From positions 16,340 through 80,339 of the forward strand of contig CACGWC010000004.1 in the NCBI GenBank assembly GCA_902576785.1: a stretch of DNA of 64,000 bases. The letters run 5' to 3'. Below, one piece after another: positions 48,190 through 57,659 of this stretch. The DNA comes from an uncultured Pelagibacteraceae bacterium (GTDB taxonomy: Bacteria > Pseudomonadota > Alphaproteobacteria > Pelagibacterales > Pelagibacteraceae). Under the pieces are notes generated by a model. It had not been told where the DNA came from. It saw nothing but the letters and a program-made list of their open reading frames with translations, and did not search any database. Within the stretch, counting starts at the first letter, position 1. Each line of letters starts with the position of its first letter. The translations under genes were made by a program, and so were the position numbers.

Positions 48190-49533
48190 TTAATTTTTTT
48201 TGCTTTTTGAGTAGTTGGTTATACCAGTTCTTAGTTTCTCGATTATTTCATCAATATGTTTTTTTTCACAGATAAACATTGGAGCAATAATTAAACAATC
48301 TCCAGTCGCTTTAAAGTTAACTCCTGCATCATAGCAGTGTTTGAAACATGTAAATCCTGCTGCGCCAGGTTTTTTATGCATTTTAATATCAATACCACCC
48401 ATCATTCCATAACCTCTTATGTTATCAACAACATCAATATCTTTTAAAGACATTAAACCTTCTTGGAAATATGGAGATAAATTTTTTGCTCTATTAAAGA
48501 TATCATCTTTTTCAAAAATATCTTGAACCGCTAAGCCTGCAGCTACTGAGACAGGAATTCCTGAGTAAGTATAACCATGAAATAATTCTATTGTTCCTTT
48601 TGGAGATCCGTCCATAACCGTATCGTAAATTTCTTCTTTACACGCTACTGCACCTAAAGGACTTATTCCATTTGTTGTAGCTTTAGCCATTGTTATAATA
48701 TCAGGTGTAACTCCGTATTCTTGAGATGCAAAAGGCGAACCTGTTCTTCCCCAACCTGTAATAACTTCGTCAAAAACTAATAAAATACCATGCTTATCGC
48801 AAATTTCTCTTAGTCTTTGTAAATATCCTTTTGGTGGAACTAAAGTTCCTGTTGATCCAGCAATTGGTTCAACAATGCAAGCTGCAATATTTTCTGAACC
48901 AAAATTTGTACAAATTCTCTCAAGGTCTTCTGCCATTTCCGCACCAGTTTCGGGTTGACCTGAAACAAATTTATGTTCTGGTAAATGTGTATGTCTCATG
49001 TGAAGAACACCTGGCATCAAAACATTGGCAAATGTTTTCACGTTGTTAATCATTCCGCCAACAGAAGTAGCTCCGATATTCATTCCATGATAGCCTCTTT
49101 CTCTTCCAACAAACCTAAATCTATGTCCTTCACCTCTTGCTTTATGATATGCAACTGCAATTTTAATTGCTGTTTCAACAGCAGTAGATCCACAAATTGT
49201 ATAAAAAATTCTATTTAAATTTCCTGGTGTATGCTTAGAAATTTTTGTTGCAAGTTCAAATGAACCACCAAAACCTTGTTGAAATGGTTGAGCATAGTCT
49301 AATTTTTTTAATTGATTTGTAATTGCATTAATAATTTCTTCTCTTCCATGACCTAAAGGATTACAAAATAATCCCGAGCTTGCATCTATCTGAGTTTGAC
49401 CTTGATGATTTTTTAAATAAACGCCTTTTGCTTCTACAATTAATCTTGGAGACTCTTTAAAATCTCTATTAGATGTAAATGGCATCCAATGTTCATTTAA
49501 AGAATTTGGTATTTGAGGTTTTTCTGAACTCAT
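48190..49533 (-). CDS. Class III omega-amino-acid:pyruvate aminotransferase, probably taurine:pyruvate
   Basis: WMPFT.NR, SGLFC...GHGR, GYHG, EP.AGS.G, FDEVITG.GR.G, TMAK, HGYTYS; lies between ald and tauA. Confidence 0.85.
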   Translation of the reverse strand: MSSEKPQIPNSLNEHWMPFTSNRDFKESPRLIVEAKGVYLKNHQGQTQIDASSGLFCNPLGHGREEIINAITNQLKKLDYAQPFQQGFGGSFELATKISKHTPGNLNRIFYTICGSTAVETAIKIAVAYHKARGEGHRFRFVGRERGYHGMNIGATSVGGMINNVKTFANVLMPGVLHMRHTHLPEHKFVSGQPETGAEMAEDLERICTNFGSENIAACIVEPIAGSTGTLVPPKGYLQRLREICDKHGILLVFDEVITGWGRTGSPFASQEYGVTPDIITMAKATTNGISPLGAVACKEEIYDTVMDGSPKGTIELFHGYTYSGIPVSVAAGLAVQDIFEKDDIFNRAKNLSPYFQEGLMSLKDIDVVDNIRGYGMMGGIDIKMHKKPGAAGFTCFKHCYDAGVNFKATGDCLIIAPMFICEKKHIDEIIEKLRTGITNYSKSKKN

Positions 49534-49724
49534 AATTATGTTTCGATTCATAGACTAATTATATAAATTAACCAGTAAATTTTAGTCATACTTGCTATGT
49601 TAAATGACCGCAACTATAGGTTGTAACTAATGACTTTTGAAGCCTGTGTAATTTATTCATCATTTACTTAAAAGAAAATTTAAACTTAAATATCGATAAT
49701 TAAATTTAATTAACAGGAGATGAA

Positions 49725-50666
49725 ATGAAAAAAATAATTAGTTTCATTTTAGGAAGTTTATTTGCTCTAAACTTAACAATCACAGCAGCAAACTCTGCTG
49801 CGAACGAAGTTAGAGTTGCATACTTTCTAGAGTGGCCAAGTCCAAATTTAGAGGACATGCAAAAAAAGAATTTTGCTAAAGCTTTAGGAGTTCCAGTAAA
49901 ATGGACAAACTTCACAAATGGTGGAGCAATGACAGATGCAATGTTAGCAGGAGATATTGATATTTCTTACTCACAAGGTTTGGTACCATTTATTAATGCT
50001 GTAAAATCAAATGCACCTATCAAATTAGTTGATATTGCAATGGAATACGGGATGGGTGGAACAACTTGTGTAACATCTAATGCATCAGGAATAACAAAAG
50101 CGAATGCAACAGAATTAGAAGGTAAAAAAGTTGCTGTTCCGTTAGGTACTATGGCTGAGTACGTTTTCGACGAAAGTATGAAAGTTGTAGGAGCTGACAG
50201 AAGCAAAATGGATATTATTCAAATGGATCCTGAAGAAGGTGCGGCTGCATTAGTAAGTGGAGATGTAGTAATGGCATGTCTATTTGGTGGTAATTCTATC
50301 AAAGCTGCAGTTGCTGTAGGATCAAGACTTTTAACTGTTCAAGAAGCAAGAGATGCAGGTATTTTAGGAATAGATATTACTTCTGTAACTGACAAGTTTA
50401 TGAAGGAAAATCCTGGAATGTTGAGAACTTTTATTGAAGTAACTCATGAAGCAAATGAAAGATATAGAAATGGAAAAAGTGATATGAATTCTATGTCAAA
50501 AGCTTCAGAGATGAAAATTGCTGATATGAAAGAAACTTTAAGTGGTTTCAAATTCTTAACTCCAGAAGAAACTAAAAAATCTATGGAAAGCGGAAACTTA
50601 GATGCATTCTTAAAAGGAATGGGAACTCCAGGTGGAGCAGTAGACACTAGTTTCTTACCTTTATAA
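49725..50666 (+). CDS. tauA: Taurine ABC transporter substrate-binding protein
   Basis: Signal peptide, VAYFLEW, M..AM.AGD.DI.YSQG..PF, GKKVAVP.GT; operon context. Confidence 0.85.
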   Translation: MKKIISFILGSLFALNLTITAANSAANEVRVAYFLEWPSPNLEDMQKKNFAKALGVPVKWTNFTNGGAMTDAMLAGDIDISYSQGLVPFINAVKSNAPIKLVDIAMEYGMGGTTCVTSNASGITKANATELEGKKVAVPLGTMAEYVFDESMKVVGADRSKMDIIQMDPEEGAAALVSGDVVMACLFGGNSIKAAVAVGSRLLTVQEARDAGILGIDITSVTDKFMKENPGMLRTFIEVTHEANERYRNGKSDMNSMSKASEMKIADMKETLSGFKFLTPEETKKSMESGNLDAFLKGMGTPGGAVDTSFLPL

Positions 50667-50685
50667 TTTAAAGATTAGAATAATT

Positions 50686-50720
50686 AAATAGGCGCCAATT
50701 TTATTGGTGCCTATTTTTTT
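50686..50720 (+). terminator. Stem-loop with U-tract between tauA and tauB
   Basis: aaataggcgccaat-ttt-attggtgcctattt followed by more Ts. Confidence 0.7.
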
Positions 50721-50748
50721 AAGTAAATATTTTATATAAAGTCAACTA

Positions 50749-51546
50749 ATGAGTGATTTAATATCTCAAAACTTAAACATGATTTTCAAAACTCCAAAAG
50801 GAGAGACTGTTCATGCTTTAAAAGATTTAAATTTCAAATTAAAAAAAGGAGAACTTCTAACAGTTCTTGGGCCTTCTGGTTGTGGAAAAACAACTTTGTT
50901 AAATATTGCAGCTGGTTTCTTAAGACCAACATCTGGAAATATAACGTTGAATGGTAAAGAAATTGATGGACCTGGAGTTGAAAGAGGCATGGTTTTTCAA
51001 CAAGGTGCATTATTTGAATGGTTAACTGTTGCGGAGAACGTAAACTTTGGTCTTAGAATGAAAAAAAAAGATCCTATAGAAACTTCAAAAAAAGTTGATG
51101 AGTGGCTGGAGATTGTTGGCTTAAAAGGATTTGGAAATACCCCAACATATCAATTGTCTGGAGGAATGCAGCAAAGAGTAGCTCTCGCAAGGTGTTTAAT
51201 CAATGATCCTGATTTGATTTTAATGGATGAGCCTTTAGGTGCTCTTGATGCTCTAACAAGAGAAAAAATGCAATCTTTAGTTTTGAAAATTTGGAAAGAA
51301 ACTGGAAAAACAATTATTTTAATTACGCACTCAGTTGAGGAAGCACTACTGCTTGGTGAAAGATTGTACGTAATGGCACCAAGACCAGGTAGGATACATA
51401 AAGAATATAATCTTCCATTTGCAGAGATGGGATTAAAAGAAGATTTAAGAGAAATAAAAAAAAATAAAGATTTTTCATCAAAAAGAGAAGAAATTTTATC
51501 CATGATTTGGAACATGGAGGAAGAAATTATGGGAAAAGAAAATTAA
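50749..51546 (+). CDS. tauB: Taurine ABC transporter ATP-binding protein
   Basis: GPSGCGKT, ERGMVFQ, LSGGMQQR, MDEPLGALDA, ITHSVEEA, PRPGR. Confidence 0.9.
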   Translation: MSDLISQNLNMIFKTPKGETVHALKDLNFKLKKGELLTVLGPSGCGKTTLLNIAAGFLRPTSGNITLNGKEIDGPGVERGMVFQQGALFEWLTVAENVNFGLRMKKKDPIETSKKVDEWLEIVGLKGFGNTPTYQLSGGMQQRVALARCLINDPDLILMDEPLGALDALTREKMQSLVLKIWKETGKTIILITHSVEEALLLGERLYVMAPRPGRIHKEYNLPFAEMGLKEDLREIKKNKDFSSKREEILSMIWNMEEEIMGKEN

Positions 51547-53472
51547 ATGTTTACTCAAATAATAACAATATTAATTCTCGTATCAATTATCGGGTGCATA
51601 CTTTATGGAAGACGTTTAATAAAAACTGAAAAAGTTGATGCAGTTTTTGGAAATCCAGAAAGAGCAAAAGGTGGAACTCATTGGATAATTGTCGGAAGTA
51701 GTGCAATATTGTTAGTTTGGCTTTATTATTCTTGGGATATTGCAAAAGGATTTTATCCAAAATCAGCAAATGAATTATGTCAGGTCGCAAAAATAAATGA
51801 GTCTTTATTAGGATTAAAATATCAATTTCCAATTGAAGAAAGAGAATTCAAAAGTACTTCAATAATAAAAATAGAAAATAAAAATCTTAAAAAAATAAGT
51901 TTAGAAATTCAAAATTCGCCAGATTTAAGCAACATACAGAAAACTGCATTAGTTGGTTTTATTAATAAAACAAACAAATTAATTCCATTACTTACTAACG
52001 ATAATCTAATGGAGATTAACACAAAAATTAAAATAGATGAGATGACTGATGAAATTAGATTATTAAGTACTAATTTTCAAAAGAAAGATTATCCATTTGA
52101 AACACCAGAGCAAAAAAATGAAAGACAAAAAGCAATTGCTGAGCAAGGAAGCTGGGGCATAGTAACTGTAAGTGCCGGAACAGGATCAATAGAAAATACT
52201 ATTGAAGTGCCTTTAGTGCCTGAAACAGATAGAGGGTTGAAATTTCACGCTGCAGCTGAACAATTAAAAAAAATTAATGATAAATTTTTTAAATTAAGAA
52301 ACCATAATCCTCAATTCAAAAATGCAATAAAAGAACTTAAATCAGAGATAAAATTATATAGAAAAAATTTAGATGACACTGAGGAAGTGGCATCTACTTA
52401 CGCAAAAAACATTGTAAAAATTGCAAGAAGAATTGAATTTGCAAGTATTTATCCACCAAATGCTCTTAATGAAATGCAAAATGCAATTATTGAATTTGAT
52501 AATCTTCAAAAAACTGAGCAAGGAGGTTTAAGATTAATTGACATTCTTTTATTCCCTGCTGGAACTATAGTTGCAAGTGGTCCTAGTTGTTCTGAGCAAG
52601 GTTCAGGTAGATGGTTACCAAAACCCTCCGATACACTTAATAAATTTATTTTAATGTCTAAGCCAAGTGTAGGTTACAAAAATATCCCGCTTCTTTGGAT
52701 TGATATGATGGATGTAAGCCAGATAATTGGCTTTATATTGCCGGATTGGATAGCCGATGTTTTGCCTGGAGAATATCCGGTTCACACTAAAGACGGTGTG
52801 GTTAAGCAAAATTTTAAAGGTAAAGTTTTAAAAATTGTTACTGGTGATTTTAAATTATTTAAAATCCCTGTTCCTTATGGTCATATTTGGGATTCATTTT
52901 TAAGAGTTTTTCTAGGATTAGTTTTTGGAATATTGATTGGTGTACCATTAGGACTTTTTATGGGTTTAAATAGATTTGCTAAAGGTTTCTTTGATCCATT
53001 AATTGAACTGTATAGACCAGTACCCCCTCTTGCGTGGGCTCCTTTAATAATCTCGGTTTTAGGGATTGATAATACTGGAAAAGTATTTTTATTATTTATG
53101 GTTTCATTATCTATAATGATCATTTCAGCTAGAGCCGGAGCATCAGGTACACAGCTATCTAAAATACATGCAGCACATTCTCTTGGTGCTTCTAAAAGAC
53201 AGATACTTAGATATGTTATTTTTCCAAATTCTTTACCTGAAATTTTAACAGGTATTAGAGTAGCTGTTGGTATGTGCTGGGGAACTTTAGTTGCAGCAGA
53301 ATTTTTAGCAGGTACAACTGGAATTGGATTTGTTGAAAATGTTGCCAAAAAGTATTTTCAATATGAAGTAATTTGGATCACAATTTTTATAATGGGTATG
53401 TTGGGTCTTCTTTTTGACGTAACTTTGAGAAAAATTATAGATAAGACTATACCGTGGAGAGGTAAAGGTTAA
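51547..53472 (+). CDS. tauC: Taurine ABC transporter permease with a large N-terminal extension
   Basis: C-terminal H..DSF.RV, RPVPPLAW, AA.SLGAS, LPEILTG.R, TLVAAE, PWRGK. Confidence 0.85.
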   Translation: MFTQIITILILVSIIGCILYGRRLIKTEKVDAVFGNPERAKGGTHWIIVGSSAILLVWLYYSWDIAKGFYPKSANELCQVAKINESLLGLKYQFPIEEREFKSTSIIKIENKNLKKISLEIQNSPDLSNIQKTALVGFINKTNKLIPLLTNDNLMEINTKIKIDEMTDEIRLLSTNFQKKDYPFETPEQKNERQKAIAEQGSWGIVTVSAGTGSIENTIEVPLVPETDRGLKFHAAAEQLKKINDKFFKLRNHNPQFKNAIKELKSEIKLYRKNLDDTEEVASTYAKNIVKIARRIEFASIYPPNALNEMQNAIIEFDNLQKTEQGGLRLIDILLFPAGTIVASGPSCSEQGSGRWLPKPSDTLNKFILMSKPSVGYKNIPLLWIDMMDVSQIIGFILPDWIADVLPGEYPVHTKDGVVKQNFKGKVLKIVTGDFKLFKIPVPYGHIWDSFLRVFLGLVFGILIGVPLGLFMGLNRFAKGFFDPLIELYRPVPPLAWAPLIISVLGIDNTGKVFLLFMVSLSIMIISARAGASGTQLSKIHAAHSLGASKRQILRYVIFPNSLPEILTGIRVAVGMCWGTLVAAEFLAGTTGIGFVENVAKKYFQYEVIWITIFIMGMLGLLFDVTLRKIIDKTIPWRGKG

Positions 53473-53485
53473 TTTCATTCTATCA

Positions 53486-54496
53486 ATGTCTGTAAATAAT
53501 ACAAAAATTAAATCTATTATTAAAAAAATTTTTATAAAAAGAGGGTTGAAAACAAATCATGCTATTATTTGTGCAAATGCAATTATCAATGCGGAACTTG
53601 TGGGTGCGCCTTCACATGGATTGTCTCGTTTAAAAATGTATTGTGAAAGAATCTCAAAAAAAGTAATTAATCCTAGACCTAAAATAACTATAAAAAATAT
53701 ATCAAAATCTATATCAATAATTGATGCTGATAATTCTATTGGCTTTGTTGCGGCAGATGAAGCAATTAAAAAAACTATACAAAATGCAAAAAAAACAGGA
53801 ATTGGGTTAGTTGCTGTAAAAAACAGCGGACACTATGGTCTATCTGGATACTACGTTGAGCAAGCAGTTAAAAAAAATTTAATAACATTCGCATTTACAA
53901 ATGCACCTCCAGCAATTGCACCTTTTGGAGGAAAAAAATCAGTCTTTGGAACTAATCCAATATGTTTTGGAACTCAAACAAATAGCAATGTTCCTTTTAT
54001 ACTGGATACATCAATGTCTATGATAAATAGAGGTAAAATAAGGATTGCAGAAAAATTAGGTAAAAAAATACCATATGGGGTTGCTTTAAACAAACTAGGT
54101 AAACCAACTACAAATGCAAAAGAAGCTCTAGCTGGAGTACAACTTCCAATAGCTGGATTTAGAGGATCTGGATTAGCTTGGATGGTAGATATTTTAACTG
54201 GAGTATTTGTTGGAAGTAATCATGGTGGCAAAGTAAAAGACCCATTTGATGATTTCTCTGGGCCACAAAATATCGGTCACTTATTTTTAGCATTTAAAGA
54301 CAATCTATTTGTTAAAGATTATAAAAAAGAGATAAAAAAAAATATTAAAAGAATAAAAAAAATACCTAATTTAAAAGGACAAAAAATCTTTTATCCTGGC
54401 GAGCAAAAGTTTTTAAGAACAAAAACAAACTCTAAAAAATCTATAAAAATTCCAATAAATATTAAAAAGGATTTAGATATTCTCTTAGCTAATTAA
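53486..54496 (+). CDS. Ldh_2 family oxidoreductase (ComC-like sulfolactate/malate dehydrogenase)
   Basis: G..SHG.SRL..Y, NSGHYG, TNA, GTNPI, LD.S.S, GSGL, PGE. Confidence 0.85.
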   Translation: MSVNNTKIKSIIKKIFIKRGLKTNHAIICANAIINAELVGAPSHGLSRLKMYCERISKKVINPRPKITIKNISKSISIIDADNSIGFVAADEAIKKTIQNAKKTGIGLVAVKNSGHYGLSGYYVEQAVKKNLITFAFTNAPPAIAPFGGKKSVFGTNPICFGTQTNSNVPFILDTSMSMINRGKIRIAEKLGKKIPYGVALNKLGKPTTNAKEALAGVQLPIAGFRGSGLAWMVDILTGVFVGSNHGGKVKDPFDDFSGPQNIGHLFLAFKDNLFVKDYKKEIKKNIKRIKKIPNLKGQKIFYPGEQKFLRTKTNSKKSIKIPINIKKDLDILLAN

Positions 54497-54699
54497 CCTG
54501 CAAAATAACCTAGTATTCCGATAGATAGACAGACTGAAAGTATTATTATTTTTGACTGAAGTGCCTCTTTTTTCTTTTCAGTGATTACTCGTTTCTTTAG
54601 AACATCTATATTTACTTTACGAGGGGACATTCGAATTACTCTCGATTTTTTTTCGGGTATTTCAATATTAGATGTTCTGTTTAAGCTTTCAGTACTCAT
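54493..54699 (-). CDS. Small protein with a C-terminal TM anchor
   Basis: 68 aa; VNIDVLKKRV..EKKKE followed by a hydrophobic tail. Confidence 0.65.
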   Translation of the reverse strand: MSTESLNRTSNIEIPEKKSRVIRMSPRKVNIDVLKKRVITEKKKEALQSKIIILSVCLSIGILGYFAG

Positions 54700-54743
54700 A
54701 AAATTATTAAATCATATAGTAGAAAAATTTTATAGAATATAAC

Positions 54744-54790
54744 TGTTCAAAATGGGTTGACTCAAGTTTTAAAATTGTTCAAATTGGGTT
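54744..54790. repeat. Tandem 15-bp direct repeat, candidate operator pair
   Basis: TGTTCAAAATGGGTT (54744-54758) and TGTTCAAATTGGGTT (54776-54790), 32-bp period. Confidence 0.7.
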
Positions 54791-54800
54791 TTGATACATT

Positions 54801-55763
54801 ATGAAGCAGCTACCAAGTGTAAATTCCGAACTAGATGATGAACTGATTGATAAAATTTTCAAAAATCATTTTGATATTTTAAGTCCTTTTTTTTTAAAAC
54901 TTATGTCTGATTGGACAATCGGTGCTTATAAAGTGTTTAAAGATATAGATACTTACACAATTTTAATTTATTTGATTAGTAAGCAGTTTGATTTTTACAG
55001 ACGAAATAATTTAAATATTACTTTCAATAATTTTTATAAGAATAAAACATTAGAGATTGAGAAAATTAACCTTATAAGAATATCAAAGGATCTTCAAATA
55101 CCAAAAGAAAGTGTCAGAAGAAAAGTTATATCACTAGAAAAAAAAGGAATAATTAAAAAAAAAGGCAAGAACATTACTATAGATAGAAGTGCTTACAATT
55201 CAACACAGCCAAATGATACATTAAAAAATATATGCATGCTTTTATCTGTTTTTAGTCAAATTTTAAAAGAAGAAAAAGTTATAAAAAACGAAATGTCCAG
55301 TAATGAAATTAATAACTTAATAAAACATAATTTCTCATTTTGCTGGTATCAATTTTATAAATTTTTATTCCCTTACTGCTTAAGGTGGAAAAATTATTTT
55401 GGTGATATGGAAATATTTACTATTTTAGCAACTATAATTTTGAATAATAATTCAAAAATTGGAAGGCAACTTAAAGGAGTTGATAGTTATTTAGATAAAT
55501 GGAGAGATAAAATTATTAATAAAAAAATAAAAGGAATTAATGCAATGTCTATTTCTGAAATAACAGGGATTCCAAGACCAACGGTAGTAAGAAAAATCAA
55601 GAAATTAACAAAAAATAAATTTATTTCTTTAGATAAAAATAAATTGATAAATTTTGATGTCAGCAAACAAAATTTTAAAGATATGTCGATAATCCAAGAT
55701 GAAAATTTAAAATCAATAAATGTTTTTATAAAAAGAACCTATAATCAAATAAATCTTAATTAG
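54801..55763 (+). CDS. Putative regulator with two winged-helix HTH domains
   Basis: Internal duplication: INLIRISKDLQIPKESVRRKVISLEKKG and INAMSISEITGIPRPTVVRKIKKLTKNK. Confidence 0.72.
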   Translation: MKQLPSVNSELDDELIDKIFKNHFDILSPFFLKLMSDWTIGAYKVFKDIDTYTILIYLISKQFDFYRRNNLNITFNNFYKNKTLEIEKINLIRISKDLQIPKESVRRKVISLEKKGIIKKKGKNITIDRSAYNSTQPNDTLKNICMLLSVFSQILKEEKVIKNEMSSNEINNLIKHNFSFCWYQFYKFLFPYCLRWKNYFGDMEIFTILATIILNNNSKIGRQLKGVDSYLDKWRDKIINKKIKGINAMSISEITGIPRPTVVRKIKKLTKNKFISLDKNKLINFDVSKQNFKDMSIIQDENLKSINVFIKRTYNQINLN

Positions 55764-56604
55764 AATTTTTAAGAATATATATAAATATAAATCCAGTTAT
55801 ATACATTATTAATGCATAAGCAGCTGTGGGAACCATGTAAGCGACATCATTGAAAATTTGTGTTGCTACAAATACAGCTAAAGTTCCATTTTGTAATCCA
55901 CATTCTAAAGAAATACATTTTCTCTGTGGTATTCCAGTTGCAAAACCTTTTGCAATGTAAAATGCCAAAGTCATCATGACTAAGTTTAATATTAAAACAG
56001 CTAAACCCGCTTGACCTAAGTATGATATTATATTTTCTCTTTCCTCAATCCATATTGCTGCAAATACAACAATAAATAAAATGCCTGTAATTCTATTTAC
56101 AACATTAATATTAGAGGAAATAAAGTTTTCAGCGAATTTTCTAATTATCATTCCTAGAATTACTGGCACAGTTACAACAAGTGCCATTTTAAGAGCAATA
56201 CCAGTCATCGTAATATCTGAGGATAAATTAGTTACACCTAATAATTTTGCTGAAGAAAAAACAATAAATGGAACAGAAAAAATACTAATTAAACTACCTA
56301 CTGCTGTTAACGAAATAGATAATGCAACATCTCCATTTGCAAATTTTGTTAAGACATTTGATGTTACTCCTCCAGGAGCAGCAGCAATAATCATTAATCC
56401 TAAAGCTAATTCAACTGGTAATCTTAATATTAAAAGTAAAATATAAGCGACGATTGGGAGAAGGATTAATTGACAAATCATTCCGACTGTAAAATCTTTT
56501 GGATTATTTATAACTCTTAAAAAATCTCTAGTTGATAAGCCCAATCCCAGACCTAACATTATAAAGGCTAACGCAATAGGTGCAATTTTTGTAACTATCT
56601 CCAT
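55756..56604 (-). CDS. Bile acid:sodium symporter family protein
   Basis: M.GLGL, Q.ILLP, APGG.TSN, GDVALS.SLT, ECGLQN. Confidence 0.9.
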   Translation of the reverse strand: MEIVTKIAPIALAFIMLGLGLGLSTRDFLRVINNPKDFTVGMICQLILLPIVAYILLLILRLPVELALGLMIIAAAPGGVTSNVLTKFANGDVALSISLTAVGSLISIFSVPFIVFSSAKLLGVTNLSSDITMTGIALKMALVVTVPVILGMIIRKFAENFISSNINVVNRITGILFIVVFAAIWIEERENIISYLGQAGLAVLILNLVMMTLAFYIAKGFATGIPQRKCISLECGLQNGTLAVFVATQIFNDVAYMVPTAAYALIMYITGFIFIYILKNSN

Positions 56605-56688
56605 CGTTTATTCAATTTTAAACTATTTTTATATCGAACGTAATAAAAAATATTGATATTTAGAACCATAACAAATATTTAAACTCAT

Positions 56689-57600
56689 ATGTTATCTGAT
56701 AAATCTACAGTTTGCCCTGTTAATCTACTAAATATAGCCCATCAAAAAAGAGGTGTAAAAGCAGCCATTGTAAATGCAGGTAAAAAATTACCGATGATGT
56801 CAGTAATGGACGCTGTTTCAGAAAAACTGATCACCCCAATATTAATAGGTGACAAACAAAAAATACAAGAATGCGCAGATGAGCTTAAATTTGACATATC
56901 AAATTTTGAAATAATTAATGAGCCAGTTGAAAATAATACAGCAGGAATTGCAACAAAACTTGCATCAGAAGATAAAGTAAAAATTATTGTAAAAGGACAT
57001 ATCCATACTGATATATTAATGAAAGAAGTTCTTAAGAGAGAGTATAAATTAATCGGAAAAACAAGACTAAGTCATATTTGGCATATGACATTACAAAAAG
57101 ATGATAAACCATTAATAATAACCGACGGAGCATTGAATGTTTCTCCTAACCTAAAAACTAAAATGCATATTTTAAGAAATGTTATAGATTTTAGCCATAG
57201 AATTAATATTCCAAGACCAAAGATTTCTATCCTTTCAGCAACAGAAGAAGTAATTGATAGTGTACAGAGTTCTGTTGAAGCTAAAGAATTAACTGAATTG
57301 GCAAGTAAAGAAAATTTTAATGCTGATATTTTTGGACCCTTAGCATTTGACAATAGCATTTCAAAAAAATCTGCTTCTATTAAGGGAATTGAGAATATAG
57401 TTGCTGGGGAAGCTGATGTATTATTAGTTCCAAATGTCGAAACTGGAAATGCGCTTGTAAAAATGATGATTTATTTTATGGGAGCATGTGCAGCTGGCGT
57501 AGTTGTTGGAGGTAAAGTGCCTGTTGTTATAACAAGTAGGTCAGATGATGCGACAGCAAGACTTGCTTCTATAGCTGCAGCTGTTGTTTCTTTAGATTAA
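56689..57600 (+). CDS. pta: Phosphate acetyl/butyryltransferase
   Basis: KG.IHT, R.SH, TDGALN, LSATE, GPLAFDN, P.VETGN.L.K, P.VITSRSD. Confidence 0.85.
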   Translation: MLSDKSTVCPVNLLNIAHQKRGVKAAIVNAGKKLPMMSVMDAVSEKLITPILIGDKQKIQECADELKFDISNFEIINEPVENNTAGIATKLASEDKVKIIVKGHIHTDILMKEVLKREYKLIGKTRLSHIWHMTLQKDDKPLIITDGALNVSPNLKTKMHILRNVIDFSHRINIPRPKISILSATEEVIDSVQSSVEAKELTELASKENFNADIFGPLAFDNSISKKSASIKGIENIVAGEADVLLVPNVETGNALVKMMIYFMGACAAGVVVGGKVPVVITSRSDDATARLASIAAAVVSLD

Positions 57601-57659
57601 ACTTTTATTGAATAAACATCTTATATAATTTAAACATTTGTAAAATTTGAGGAAAAATA

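Noticed and set aside
49553-49635. Short inverted repeats in the aminotransferase/tauA divergent gap
   Set aside because: Only 4-6 bp arms in AT-rich DNA; cannot be told from chance
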